DNA of 64,000 bases from Candidatus Latescibacterota bacterium. Its GTDB lineage: Bacteria; Latescibacterota; UBA2968. A model generated the notes under the pieces. The model was given only the letters and a program-made list of their open reading frames with translations, was not told the origin of the DNA and searched no databases. The translations under genes and the position numbers were made by a program. Shown piece by piece: positions 29,761 through 39,435 of the stretch (positions within the stretch are counted from its first letter, which is position 1; every line of letters starts with the position of its first letter). Location of the stretch: positions 5,344,001-5,408,000 of the forward strand of contig OZ242195.1 in NCBI GenBank assembly GCA_965205975.1, in the 5' to 3' direction.

Positions 29761-31710
29761 TTAAGCTGGATCAACCCAATCGCCACTGGCGCGTATCAGG
29801 TCAATCAGTTCGTCAACCGCGCCTTCTGTGGGGATATTGCGTTTGACGATGTCTTTGCCCTTGTAGAGCGTGATTTTGCCAGGTCCACTGCCTACATAAC
29901 CGTAATCGGCGTCGGCCATTTCACCGGGACCGTTGACAATGCAGCCCATAATGCCAATTTTGACGCCTTTGAGGTGGTTGGTGTGGCTTCGAATCAGGGC
30001 GGTGGTTTCCTGCAGGTCGAACAGGGTGCGCCCGCACGAAGGACAGGATATGTATTCGGTTTTGGATATGCGGGTGCGCGTGGCTTGCAAGATGCCGAAG
30101 GCCGTGCGGGTGCGGGCGTGGTCGTCTATTTGATCGGATGCTTCGAGCCACAGGCCATCGCCGAGGCCATCGACGAGCAGTCCGCCGCAGTCGGTGGCGG
30201 CGTAGAGCATGAAGGCATCACTGGCTGAGTACATTGTGGCGCTATACGTTCGGCGGATGACTACGGGTATGTCGCAATGCCAATCTGCAAGCAGGCAGAA
30301 TGCGCGGCGCAGTTCGGGCATGGCATGGGGGTTGTGGGTTTGCAGGACGAGTACTGCATGGAGATCGTCCTCGACCGCGTGGATAAGCGGTTCGTCGAGT
30401 TCGTCGAGTTCGGCACATATAAAGGTGATGCGGTCGGCTGTGTGATTGGATTGCAAGTATGCAGTTGCAGAAAAAATCGGGTATGCGGTGGAGGAGGGCG
30501 ACCAGGCTCGGGCATTTTGAATGACGCCGAGTGTGCCCGGCAGTTCAAAATTGAGGGTGCGATTGCCGGTGTAGATAAAGTCAACGGCCATGTCGGCAAT
30601 GTGCCATTTGTCGAGCACCGCATCGTACGTATAGCCAAAGGGGTTCAGAGATTCGGGGGTGATGGTGCCCTGTGGGGTGGCAATGACGATTGGGGCACTC
30701 GGCTTGCCGATTTTTTCAACCTGTCGCGTTTCGCGACGCGTGTACGAAAATGGATCGATATGGGATGTTTGAATTTCCGGTATTGGCGCGTGATCGCTGC
30801 GGTTGCAATAACGGGCGACCAGTGTTTGCGCTACGGGGATTTCGGCTTCGGGTTCTTCGGTGAGGGAGACGCGAATGGTATCGCCCAGGCCGTCTTCCAG
30901 CAGCGCGCCTATGCCCACGGCCGATTTGATGCGCCCGTCTTCGCCATCGCCAGCTTCTGTGACGCCCAGATGGAGCGGATAGTTCATGTCTTCGGCCATC
31001 ATTTTGTTTACCAGCAGGCGATAGGCTTGAACCATAATTTGCGGATTGCTGGCTTTCATGGAAAATACGATGTCGTGGTAGTCGAGGTCGCTGCATATTC
31101 GCGCAAATTCGAGTGCGGATTCGACCATGCCGAGCGGGGTGTCGCCAAACCTGCTCATAATGCGGTCTGAGAGCGATCCGTGGTTGGTGCCAATCCGCAT
31201 GGCTGTGCCGTATTCTTTGCAGATTTTGACCAGTGGTGTGAATCTGTCGCGGATGCGCTGTAATTCTTCGGCGTATTGGGCATCGGTGTATTCGATGATC
31301 TGGAATTTTTTTTTGTCGGCATAATTGCCGGGGTTCACGCGCACTTTTTCCACAATTCGAGCGGCGATTTCCGCGGCATTGGGGGTGTAGTGAATATCGG
31401 CTACCAGTGGGGTGTGGTAGCCCGCGGCTCTGAGTTTTTTTTGAATGTTTTCGAGGTTGCGGGCTTCGTTCTGACTGGGTGCTGTTATGCGCACGTATTC
31501 ACATCCGGCGCGGATCATGCGGATGGACTGGGCGACCGTACCATCGGTGTCCATGGTATCGGTTGTGGTCATTGATTGCACGCGGATGGGATTGTCGCCG
31601 CCGAGTGGCACACCCCCGATATCGACTTCGCGGGTTTTGAAGCGGGCGTATTCCGTGAGCGAATTGCAGTATTTTCCCTGGGAAACGAGCAGGTCACTGA
31701 TTATGGACAT
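29761..31710 (-). CDS. ispG: (E)-4-hydroxy-3-methylbut-2-enyl-diphosphate synthase, long form with insertion domain
   Basis: RVQSMTTT, VADIH, RVNPGN, RIGTNHGSL, PLHLGVTEAG, SCPSCGR, MGCIVNGPGE. Confidence 0.96.
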   Translation of the reverse strand: MSIISDLLVSQGKYCNSLTEYARFKTREVDIGGVPLGGDNPIRVQSMTTTDTMDTDGTVAQSIRMIRAGCEYVRITAPSQNEARNLENIQKKLRAAGYHTPLVADIHYTPNAAEIAARIVEKVRVNPGNYADKKKFQIIEYTDAQYAEELQRIRDRFTPLVKICKEYGTAMRIGTNHGSLSDRIMSRFGDTPLGMVESALEFARICSDLDYHDIVFSMKASNPQIMVQAYRLLVNKMMAEDMNYPLHLGVTEAGDGEDGRIKSAVGIGALLEDGLGDTIRVSLTEEPEAEIPVAQTLVARYCNRSDHAPIPEIQTSHIDPFSYTRRETRQVEKIGKPSAPIVIATPQGTITPESLNPFGYTYDAVLDKWHIADMAVDFIYTGNRTLNFELPGTLGVIQNARAWSPSSTAYPIFSATAYLQSNHTADRITFICAELDELDEPLIHAVEDDLHAVLVLQTHNPHAMPELRRAFCLLADWHCDIPVVIRRTYSATMYSASDAFMLYAATDCGGLLVDGLGDGLWLEASDQIDDHARTRTAFGILQATRTRISKTEYISCPSCGRTLFDLQETTALIRSHTNHLKGVKIGIMGCIVNGPGEMADADYGYVGSGPGKITLYKGKDIVKRNIPTEGAVDELIDLIRASGDWVDPA

Positions 31711-31737
31711 TGGTCGTCTCTGTGAATAATGGTCCGT

Positions 31738-31766
31738 GTAGGTGCGGGTTTTAAACCCGCACCTAC
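31738..31766. repeat. GTAG-type REP-like perfect palindrome
   Basis: GTAGGTGCGGGTTT-T-AAACCCGCACCTAC; contains the cvpA stop codon. Confidence 0.7.
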
Positions 31767-32371
31767 CTGGATTCCTCAAGCATTTCGTTGATTTTTTTTC
31801 GCGCTTTACCGGCTTCTTCGTTGAGCTTTTCAATCAGAGGAGGCGTTTTTTCGATCTGAATGCCCAGTGCTTCGAGCAGGGTTTTTACGTTGGGAAACAT
31901 GGCTTGTACACCATCGGCAATCACCCGAGCGGATTTTTGAAGTGGTGCGCCTAAGGCAGAATTGTCGATGAATTCGGGCACGCGGCTGTGGATGGGCTTT
32001 GCATGTAAAAATATGGCGATTAGACCCAAAATCAATGCGCCTTGAGCCAGCCCCAGAGCAATGCCACCAAATGCGTCAATCGCGCCGAGGGGCGAGGCAC
32101 GCAACATTCCGTGAAGGGTGCGCCCGATAAAATAGCAGGCGGCCAGGACGCCCGCAAATACCACAAAGAACCCGATTAGCGCGGTGCCCGTGCCGAGGTC
32201 TTCTGTTGTATCGAACAAAGCGCGCGCAGTCGTTTCGCCATAAGTGAGGGCAAAGCCATAAGCCAATATCACGCTGAGTAGCATGATGAGGCTTTGTACC
32301 AGCCCAATTTGCCATCCTTTTCGAGCGAACCAGAAGAGGCCGAGGGCAAAAATGAGATCGACGATGTTCAT
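31763..32371 (-). CDS. cvpA: CvpA family membrane protein
   Basis: MNIVDLI..GW..GLV, four TM segments, IDAFGG..LG. Confidence 0.8.
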   Translation of the reverse strand: MNIVDLIFALGLFWFARKGWQIGLVQSLIMLLSVILAYGFALTYGETTARALFDTTEDLGTGTALIGFFVVFAGVLAACYFIGRTLHGMLRASPLGAIDAFGGIALGLAQGALILGLIAIFLHAKPIHSRVPEFIDNSALGAPLQKSARVIADGVQAMFPNVKTLLEALGIQIEKTPPLIEKLNEEAGKARKKINEMLEESR

Positions 32372-32396
32372 TTGAAGTGCAAAATGGGAATGGATA

Positions 32397-32432
32397 AAAA
32401 AAAGCGATAGCCACCCTGAGTGATTATCGCTT
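32397..32432 (-). terminator. intrinsic terminator after rpsU
   Basis: AAGCGATA/TATCGCTT stem followed by a T-tract on the minus strand. Confidence 0.7.
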
Positions 32433-32454
32433 AATTCAAATAATTGCGAAAGAC

Positions 32455-32652
32455 TTAGCGGGTGTATTGCTGGTCTAATTTGATCCGCTTGCGTCTTGCT
32501 GCGGCAATTTTGCGTTTCCGACGTTCACTCGGTTTTTCAAAGTGCTGATTTTTCTTCATGTCGGAAATAACACCGGCTTTTTCGCAGGCCTTTTTGAACC
32601 GTTTGAGTGCTCTTTCGAACGGCTCGTCGTCGCGTACGAGGACACCAGGCAT
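32455..32652 (-). CDS. rpsU: 30S ribosomal protein S21
   Basis: MPGVLVRDDEPFERALKRFKK..FEKPSERRKRK. Confidence 0.95.
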   Translation of the reverse strand: MPGVLVRDDEPFERALKRFKKACEKAGVISDMKKNQHFEKPSERRKRKIAAARRKRIKLDQQYTR

Positions 32653-32917
32653 GCTGGGACTCACCCCTTTCTTTGGAAAATGTGATGAATAACCAAAACG
32701 AATTTCAATATAACATATAAAATGTCCCGCACTTTTGCAACCCGTTTTTCCCACGTCGCCCAACTCAGAATTTGTTCGCTATAAAAAACGTCTTTGTTCA
32801 TTTCAAGGTGTTTTTTATTTTTAGTACGGAAATTGTGGGGCTTTGGTTTTGAATGGGAACTCAAAAAAGTGTCGGGCGTTTTGGATGAGGGGAAAGGAAC
32901 ACCAGACGGAGGGGTGA

Positions 32918-34183
32918 ATGCAGTTAATAAATAAAAATAAGATCGATGACAAGCTCAAGGATTTACACTTACGCCTGTCCAGCCAGAGTTTTTTAACGGC
33001 TTATTTTTTTCTTTTGGCGGTTATTATTGTCACCGCTTTTCTCATTTATACCCAGCTTTACGTGGTGCAACCCATGCGGCAAGAAGCCAGGCGTATGGGA
33101 GAGTTCTACGCTTTTATGCACAGTGTGGTTACGCTGGATACAATTGAGGTCAAGGGATTTTATAAGGATGTCATTTATCACACTGTCCAGAATCCCAATT
33201 TTCCAGTCGTAATCACAGACGAACAGGGTCTTCCCCGATACTGGAAAGCGATTGATATTCCCCCCTTTGGTGACCGTACCCCCGAAACCCTGGGCAAAGT
33301 GATGGACAAGGCTTACGCGCTTGATAGGGAAAAAGATCCGTTGCCGTTTGAATGGCCCGTCAACAAGGATCCGGAAATCTGGCATTTGCACTGGGGTGCG
33401 TCCGCGCTTGAGAAGCGTTTGAATTGGTTGCCCTGGGTCGCTTTTGGGGTGACAATCTTATTTACTGGGGGTGGATATCTCGGATTTCGGTATATTAAGA
33501 ACAGAGAACAGCGATCTATCTGGGTAGGGATGGCTCGGGAAACAGCCCATCAGTTGGGAACGCCGCTGTCTTCGCTGTACGGTTGGTTGGCATTGTTGAG
33601 GGACGAGTTGGATGCAGAGGGCAGTCAAAAGCTAAAAAATATCCTGGGAGAAATGGATCGGGATACGAGTCGGTTGGACAAGATCGCTTCTCGCTTTAGT
33701 CTGATTGGTTCCACGCCCGAATTGCGATTGGATCAGGTGCGCGATGTGGTGGCTGAGACAGCGGGTTATCTGCGCGCGCGCTTGCCGGAAAACGTGCAAA
33801 TTGTAGAGGAATTAGACGATGCGCCAGTTGTTCCGATCAATCGGGAACTTTTGGGATGGGCGTTTGAAAATCTTTTCAGGAATGCCGCCGATGCGATGGA
33901 GGGGAGAGGGGGCCGCATTGATGTATCGTCGCGTCTGGAGGAACATCGGGTGGTTATTGAAGTGCGCGATACGGGAAAGGGCATGCCTTCGCATATGTTT
34001 AAGCAAGTTTTTTTGCCGGGTACCAGCACTAAGAAACGCGGATGGGGACTCGGCCTGGCATTTGTGAAGCGCATTGTGGAAGACTATCACAGTGGAAAAG
34101 TATATATCAAAGAAAGTGTGCCAGATCAGGGTACGACATTTGTCGTCTTGCTGCCATTGTCACCAGTAGCCAGTAGTCAGTAG
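32918..34183 (+). CDS. membrane sensor histidine kinase
   Basis: Two TMs, H-box WVGMARETAHQLGTPLSSL, ENLFRNA, DTGKG, TKKRGWGLGL. Confidence 0.92.
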   Translation: MQLINKNKIDDKLKDLHLRLSSQSFLTAYFFLLAVIIVTAFLIYTQLYVVQPMRQEARRMGEFYAFMHSVVTLDTIEVKGFYKDVIYHTVQNPNFPVVITDEQGLPRYWKAIDIPPFGDRTPETLGKVMDKAYALDREKDPLPFEWPVNKDPEIWHLHWGASALEKRLNWLPWVAFGVTILFTGGGYLGFRYIKNREQRSIWVGMARETAHQLGTPLSSLYGWLALLRDELDAEGSQKLKNILGEMDRDTSRLDKIASRFSLIGSTPELRLDQVRDVVAETAGYLRARLPENVQIVEELDDAPVVPINRELLGWAFENLFRNAADAMEGRGGRIDVSSRLEEHRVVIEVRDTGKGMPSHMFKQVFLPGTSTKKRGWGLGLAFVKRIVEDYHSGKVYIKESVPDQGTTFVVLLPLSPVASSQ

Positions 34184-34255
34184 CCAGTTACCCCGCACTA
34201 CCCCACCGGGGTTGGGTGGTTGGGACTGACAACTGATAACTGATAACTGATAACT
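34163..34255 (+). repeat. dispersed intergenic element with heptamer tandem arms, copy A
   Basis: (CAGTAGC)n-core-(ACTGATA)n; reverse-complement match to 43339-43419. Confidence 0.85.
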
Positions 34256-34263
34256 AACGAGAG

Positions 34264-35838
34264 GTGCATGTGAATCAAACACAAGAAGCCAAGCAGATTT
34301 TGTGGGCGGATGACGAGATCGATTTGTTGCGACCCCATCAAATTTTTCTCAAAGATCGGGGGTATGATATAACCCCTGTGACCAATGGCGACGATGCTAT
34401 TGCCCTGGTTCAGAAGCGCGGATTTGATGCGGTATTGCTCGATGAGATGATGGCTGGACGAGATGGGTTGTCAACCCTGGCGGCGATTAAGGATATCAAT
34501 CCGCATATTCCGGTTATTATGATTACGAAAAACGAAGAAGAACGGTTGATGGAACAGGCTATTGGACAGCGGATTGACGACTATTTGACCAAGCCCGTGA
34601 ATCCGAGTCAGATTTTGCTGGCGTGCAAAAAATTGCTCGACGCACGTCAAATTCAAAAAGACCGCATGGGTCTGGACTATGCGGCTGCATCCAATAGGTT
34701 GCGCGAATCTCTCATATTGGCGGAGTCCTGGCGAGATTGGATTGATCTTCATGTGCGCCTGTCCGAGTGGGATTTGGAATTGGACCGCTTTTACGATCCG
34801 GGCTTGCGCACCATGCACGACGATTTGCGCCGTGCATGCAATTTGGGGTTTGGCAAGTTTGTAGAGGACAATTACAGCCAATGGGTACAAGATGAAGAGG
34901 ATTCACCCACGCTTTCTGTGGATATTGTATCCGAATTTGTCGCGCCCTGTGTGCAAGATGGGCAACAGGTGTTTTTTGTAGTGGTCGATTGTATGCGATT
35001 GGATCACTGGCTTGCCATTTTGCCGTTGTTGTCCGATATTTTCGATATTGAGCAACACTACCATTACTCTATTTTGCCCACTGCGACGCCGTATTCTCGC
35101 AATGCCATTTTTAGCGGTCTTTTTCCCATTGACCTCGCGGTTTTGTATCCAGATGAGTGGCAGGTGGCGCGTGACGACGACATGAGTCGCAACCGACACG
35201 AACACCAATTGCTCGATCAACAACTCGCAGAAATTGATCCAGAATTGAATTTGGATACGCGCTATGTCAAAATACTGGATATTGCTGAGGGCAACCGGCT
35301 GGCGAAGAAGGTGCATTCGTACCGGTCTTTTCCGCTTATGTCCGTTGTGGTCAATTTTTTGGATATGCTCACGCATGGTCGTTCCGAATCCGAATTGTTG
35401 CAAGAAATGGCGCCCAATGAGTCTGCTTATCGGTCTTTGACGCGGTCCTGGTTCTCGCATTCTTCTCTTTTTGAGATGTTGCGCAAGTTGTCTGAGACCG
35501 ATTCGACAGTGGTGTTGACGACAGATCACGGCTGTATGCTGAGTGCGCGGGCTTCTCTGGCTTATGGCAATCGGGATACTTCGACGGGGATTCGTTTCAA
35601 ATACGGCAAAAATTTGCGATGCGATAACCGTCATGCGATGCATATTCGAGATCCCGAGGCTTTTGGTCTGCCGAGTGTGGGGCAAGGGACCAATTACATT
35701 ATTTGTAGGGAAGATTACTTTTTTGTGTATCCCACCAATTTCAATGAGTACCAGGCTAAATACGCCAATAGTTTTCAACACGGGGGAATTTCCCTCGAAG
35801 AGTGTATTTTGCCGGTTGCTATTATGCGCGGGAAATGA
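34264..35838 (+). CDS. PorX-like response regulator with PglZ (alkaline phosphatase-like) domain
   Basis: ILWADDEIDLLRPH, LLDEMM, YLTKPVNPSQ; VVDCMR, LPTATPYSRNAIF, DMLTH, TTDHG, FQHGG. Confidence 0.9.
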   Translation: MHVNQTQEAKQILWADDEIDLLRPHQIFLKDRGYDITPVTNGDDAIALVQKRGFDAVLLDEMMAGRDGLSTLAAIKDINPHIPVIMITKNEEERLMEQAIGQRIDDYLTKPVNPSQILLACKKLLDARQIQKDRMGLDYAAASNRLRESLILAESWRDWIDLHVRLSEWDLELDRFYDPGLRTMHDDLRRACNLGFGKFVEDNYSQWVQDEEDSPTLSVDIVSEFVAPCVQDGQQVFFVVVDCMRLDHWLAILPLLSDIFDIEQHYHYSILPTATPYSRNAIFSGLFPIDLAVLYPDEWQVARDDDMSRNRHEHQLLDQQLAEIDPELNLDTRYVKILDIAEGNRLAKKVHSYRSFPLMSVVVNFLDMLTHGRSESELLQEMAPNESAYRSLTRSWFSHSSLFEMLRKLSETDSTVVLTTDHGCMLSARASLAYGNRDTSTGIRFKYGKNLRCDNRHAMHIRDPEAFGLPSVGQGTNYIICREDYFFVYPTNFNEYQAKYANSFQHGGISLEECILPVAIMRGK

Positions 35839-35914
35839 GGCGAATAGGCGAATAGACGAATAGACGAATCAACGAATAGACGGAACGGGTATAGCTGAGA
35901 TAGCGGTTCGTTGA
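35839..35914. repeat. octamer tandem array (GACGAATA)n, same family as 24328
   Basis: ggcgaataggcgaatagacgaatagacgaatcaacgaatagac ... ttcgttga. Confidence 0.75.
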
Positions 35915-35947
35915 CCTATAAGAGAGGTGCATTCTGCACTTTTAACC

Positions 35948-36421
35948 ATGTCAGATAGAACGATCACACAGGTGTCTTCGTCGCCCGATCAAACACATCG
36001 GTTTGGACGCGATCTCGCGGCCCGGCTCGAGCCGGGCGATTGCGTTGCTCTTACAGGAGATTTGGGTAGCGGGAAGACCTGTTTTGTACAGGGTGTTTGC
36101 GCGGGCTTGAATGTGACCGATTATGTGACGAGTCCAACTTTTGTAATCGTCAATGAATACGAGGGGGTTTCGCCCGATGGAAAGCAGATGCCGGTGTATC
36201 ATTTTGATCTTTATCGGTTGGGCAGTCCCGACGAACTCTATGAGATTGGGTGTGATGATTTATTTTACGGCGAGGGTGTGTGTTTGATTGAGTGGGCAGA
36301 TTTGGGGGGCGATTTGATTCCCGACCATGCAATTGATGTGCATTTTGCCCATGCGGGGGAGATGGTTCGGAACCTGACGATCTCTACCAGGACGAGGTTG
36401 TACACCGCTTCAGAGGGGTGA
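35948..36421 (+). CDS. tsaE: tRNA t6A biosynthesis ATPase
   Basis: GDLGSGKT, VTSPTF, HFDLYRL, LIEWAD. Confidence 0.95.
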   Translation: MSDRTITQVSSSPDQTHRFGRDLAARLEPGDCVALTGDLGSGKTCFVQGVCAGLNVTDYVTSPTFVIVNEYEGVSPDGKQMPVYHFDLYRLGSPDELYEIGCDDLFYGEGVCLIEWADLGGDLIPDHAIDVHFAHAGEMVRNLTISTRTRLYTASEG

Positions 36422-36422
36422 C

Positions 36423-37223
36423 GTGTCAAAAAAAAGATATAATTGCAGACCTTTTTGGGTTCGACCAGGACGAGAATGTACACTACTTGCCATGTGTGTT
36501 TACTTTATGGCGTTTGCACCGGTTTGGGCACAGCAGGACTTACAGCCGAGACAATTGGTTGAAGCTCCTACGGCGGGTTTGTTGCCCAGTCGCGGTTTGG
36601 GGTTGGATCTTCGGTTTTATGGAGACGATGGCATTTTGGGCGGTGTATCGGTTGGTTTGTTCAGCCGGGGTATGGTTGGGGTGTCTTTTGGCGGTAGCGA
36701 TCTTTTGGGCAACGAGGCGGTGAATTTAAACCCGCGGATCGAATTTTCAGGTCGCGTGCGGGTGCTTGAAGAGGGATATACAATTCCGGCTCTGGCAGTG
36801 GGTTATACATCGCAGGGATACGGGATGTTCGATGACGAGTTGAAGCGCTATACCCGCAAGTCCAAGGGTGTTTATGTCGTTGCCAGCAAAAATTTTAAGT
36901 TGCCTTTGGGGCATACGGGTCTTCACGTTGGCGCGAACCGAAGTTTTGAAGATGGCGATGGCGATAGTGATTTTACGGGTTATGTCGGGGTAGATACAGG
37001 GCTTGGGAAATATGTGGTGGTGCTGGCGGAATACGATTTTGGGTTGAATGATAATTCGGACAATAGCCTGGGTTCTGGAAAGGGATTTTTAAATGCCGGT
37101 ATCAGATGGACGCTGTCTGAGGCATTTGCTCTGGAATTTGATTTGAAGAATATTTTCCGCAATGGCACGCAAAATCCACACCCCGATCGGGAGCTTCGCA
37201 TTGCGTATTTTGGAAAATTTTGA
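36423..37223 (+). CDS. outer-membrane beta-barrel protein (YjbH-like); start may lie downstream
   Basis: Signal ending VWA-Q, LVEAPTAG, PALAVG, YVVASK, LNAGIRW, C-terminal F. Confidence 0.6.
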   Translation: MSKKRYNCRPFWVRPGRECTLLAMCVYFMAFAPVWAQQDLQPRQLVEAPTAGLLPSRGLGLDLRFYGDDGILGGVSVGLFSRGMVGVSFGGSDLLGNEAVNLNPRIEFSGRVRVLEEGYTIPALAVGYTSQGYGMFDDELKRYTRKSKGVYVVASKNFKLPLGHTGLHVGANRSFEDGDGDSDFTGYVGVDTGLGKYVVVLAEYDFGLNDNSDNSLGSGKGFLNAGIRWTLSEAFALEFDLKNIFRNGTQNPHPDRELRIAYFGKF

Positions 37224-37237
37224 TTTTTTAGTGAGTT

Positions 37238-37696
37238 TTACCATCCCTCTCTCATCCACTCAAACATTTTGTAGTGGTTGCCATCCATTCCCATTGCGTT
37301 ATAAGTTTTTTGCGCCCGTTCATTTTCTCGCTCGACATATAGCCTGAGTCCGCGCAGATCGGCAGATTGTTCGACTGCGGTTTTTAAGGTTTCATACATC
37401 ATCCGAAAAATACCGCGCCGCCGTGCGCTGGGGATCACGTAAAGCGAATGAATCCACAGTACTGTTCCGTTGCGCCAATCACTCCATTCGGGGACGGTGA
37501 GCAAGCAGCCGACGACTTCATTGTCTAACTCAGCAATCCAATATGCCCCCTTGTGCGGGTCGTCAAAAACGGCCTGGACGCCTTTTTCAACGGTTGGGCG
37601 ATCCAGTGCAAAGTCTTCTGTTTCTTTTGCCATTCGGATTTGAAAATCTACGATATTGGACGCATCCTTTCGTCGCCCCTGACGAATCTCGATCAT
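37238..37696 (-). CDS. GNAT acetyltransferase
   Basis: EWSDWRNG, WIHSLYV..RRRG, LRLYVE.EN..AQ.TY. Confidence 0.88.
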   Translation of the reverse strand: MIEIRQGRRKDASNIVDFQIRMAKETEDFALDRPTVEKGVQAVFDDPHKGAYWIAELDNEVVGCLLTVPEWSDWRNGTVLWIHSLYVIPSARRRGIFRMMYETLKTAVEQSADLRGLRLYVERENERAQKTYNAMGMDGNHYKMFEWMREGW

Positions 37697-38430
37697 AATC
37701 CCTTCTTCCATTTGCGATACAGTTCGAATGTTTCTTCATCTGGCGGATAGTATTTGCCAGGGGAGAGGTTTTCCGTGTCCAGGCGCCTTCTGATCCATTC
37801 TTCGAGGTCGTCGTATTCTATCGCTTTTTGAGCCATTTCTGGCGCGACTTTGCGCGGGATGACGACTACGCCGTCGTCGTCGGCTACGATGTAGTCTCCC
37901 GGTCTGACGAGGACGCCATCGACCTGTACCCAGTCATTGGTCGAATAAGGCGTTCCAACGCGGGTGCCGAGGTTTGATGTTTTGCCATATCCCCACAGCA
38001 TGACGCCGTAGTCTTTGACGGTGTGCATGTCGCGGATGCCGCCATCGCAGATCAGACCATCTACTTCCCGCTGTTTTAAGCGAAGAAATTTGATGTCTCC
38101 GCCAATGGACATCAGTTTGGTGCGCATGGATTCCATGACGATGACGTCGCCTGGACCCGCGAGTTCAAAGGCGGCGTATTCAGGGGATTCTTCGCCGCCC
38201 GGTTTTTCTTCGTCGGCATCGGGACGCGAGGGCACAAAGCGCACGGTGATTGCTCTGGCGACCAATCGCTTTCCGGGGTTCATGGTTTGCAGATTGGGCA
38301 TGTAGGTGTATCGCGCGTCGTAGCCATTGCGCGCGAGCACATCGACCACAGCGGTTGTGTTCACGCGCTTGAGTGCTTCTCGCGTTGCTTTGTCCAATAC
38401 GTGATCGGGGGTGGGTTGTACAATTGCCAT
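37693..38430 (-). CDS. RraA/HMG-aldolase family protein
   Basis: RAITVRF, GGDI, DGGIRD, PGDYIVADDDGVVVIP. Confidence 0.85.
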   Translation of the reverse strand: MAIVQPTPDHVLDKATREALKRVNTTAVVDVLARNGYDARYTYMPNLQTMNPGKRLVARAITVRFVPSRPDADEEKPGGEESPEYAAFELAGPGDVIVMESMRTKLMSIGGDIKFLRLKQREVDGLICDGGIRDMHTVKDYGVMLWGYGKTSNLGTRVGTPYSTNDWVQVDGVLVRPGDYIVADDDGVVVIPRKVAPEMAQKAIEYDDLEEWIRRRLDTENLSPGKYYPPDEETFELYRKWKKGL

Positions 38431-38443
38431 ATATTCTCCTGTT

Positions 38444-39424
38444 TTATTTACTCTCGTTTTCGACTGCCTGGATCAATGCGATGATGTACCCAAATTGGAA
38501 TGCCCACGCCTGGGTTACGCGGCTCGATACGCCTTCGGGGGCTGTGTCGTCGGGATGACGGGGAGCGTGGTCGGGCATGAGCATGTAGGGATAGTCTGCC
38601 TGGTGTAGAGCTTTTACAATCTCGTACATGTTGACGTCGCCTTCATCTGGCCAGGTTTCGCAAAAGTCGTGCAGGCCCCCGCGGATGTTTCTGAAGTGTA
38701 CGTTGAAGATTTTTTTTCTTTCTGCGAAATATTTGATGATGGGCGGGAGTTCTTCGGCTGGATTTTCCAGTCCTTCGGCGGCTACGCCGCAGCAAAAATT
38801 GAATCCGTGATAGGGGCTGTCAACCAGTTCGCTGAATCGCTTCAGGCCTTCAAATACGGGATAATTCCATTTTTCTATGCCGTTTAGCACGGGTGCTGGC
38901 GGGTCGTTGAGGTGGCATGCTATTTGAATTTTGTATTCTTCGGCAACGGGTATTACGCGTTCGAGAAAGTACGCTGCCCGTTCAAAAGCCTCTTCCCGGC
39001 TTACGCGGCCGACTTCGGTGAGGGTGTCGTTGTCGTATTCAGAAAGGACAAAGGAACTGTACGTTGTCCCGCCGCGCCCCGGCCTGCGTCCGGTGCGTTG
39101 TACAAGACCGCCCGAGGGTGCGCGCAAGACGCAGAAGTTGTAGTTCAGACCGCGCAGTCCGGCTTTGTGCGCGTTTTCGATGTATTGACAGAACAGGTCG
39201 ATGTCTTTGTCGCGCTGCGGATCTTTTGCCATGGGGATGCTGTCCATTGGGGGGACGTGAATCATTTCGAGTTCGACCCCATAAGCGGCGGCATCTTCTC
39301 TGTGCCGCGTGAGGGTGTCGGCATCCATGCCATCTACTGTGGCATCAAAATGGGTGACGCCATGGCGGGATAGAAATTCCATTTCTATTTTTGATGTGCC
39401 AAAATACTGTGTGCCTACGTACAT
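38444..39424 (-). CDS. mannonate dehydratase (UxuA)-family protein
   Basis: LNYNF, FLERVIPVAEE, HLNDPP, NVHFRN, DEGDVNM, MPDH, GYIIAL. Confidence 0.8.
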   Translation of the reverse strand: MYVGTQYFGTSKIEMEFLSRHGVTHFDATVDGMDADTLTRHREDAAAYGVELEMIHVPPMDSIPMAKDPQRDKDIDLFCQYIENAHKAGLRGLNYNFCVLRAPSGGLVQRTGRRPGRGGTTYSSFVLSEYDNDTLTEVGRVSREEAFERAAYFLERVIPVAEEYKIQIACHLNDPPAPVLNGIEKWNYPVFEGLKRFSELVDSPYHGFNFCCGVAAEGLENPAEELPPIIKYFAERKKIFNVHFRNIRGGLHDFCETWPDEGDVNMYEIVKALHQADYPYMLMPDHAPRHPDDTAPEGVSSRVTQAWAFQFGYIIALIQAVENESK

Positions 39425-39435
39425 GATTCATCCTT

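Noticed and set aside
36418..36723. 101-aa ORF overlapping the outer-membrane protein gene
   Set aside because: Alternative frame of a better-supported gene
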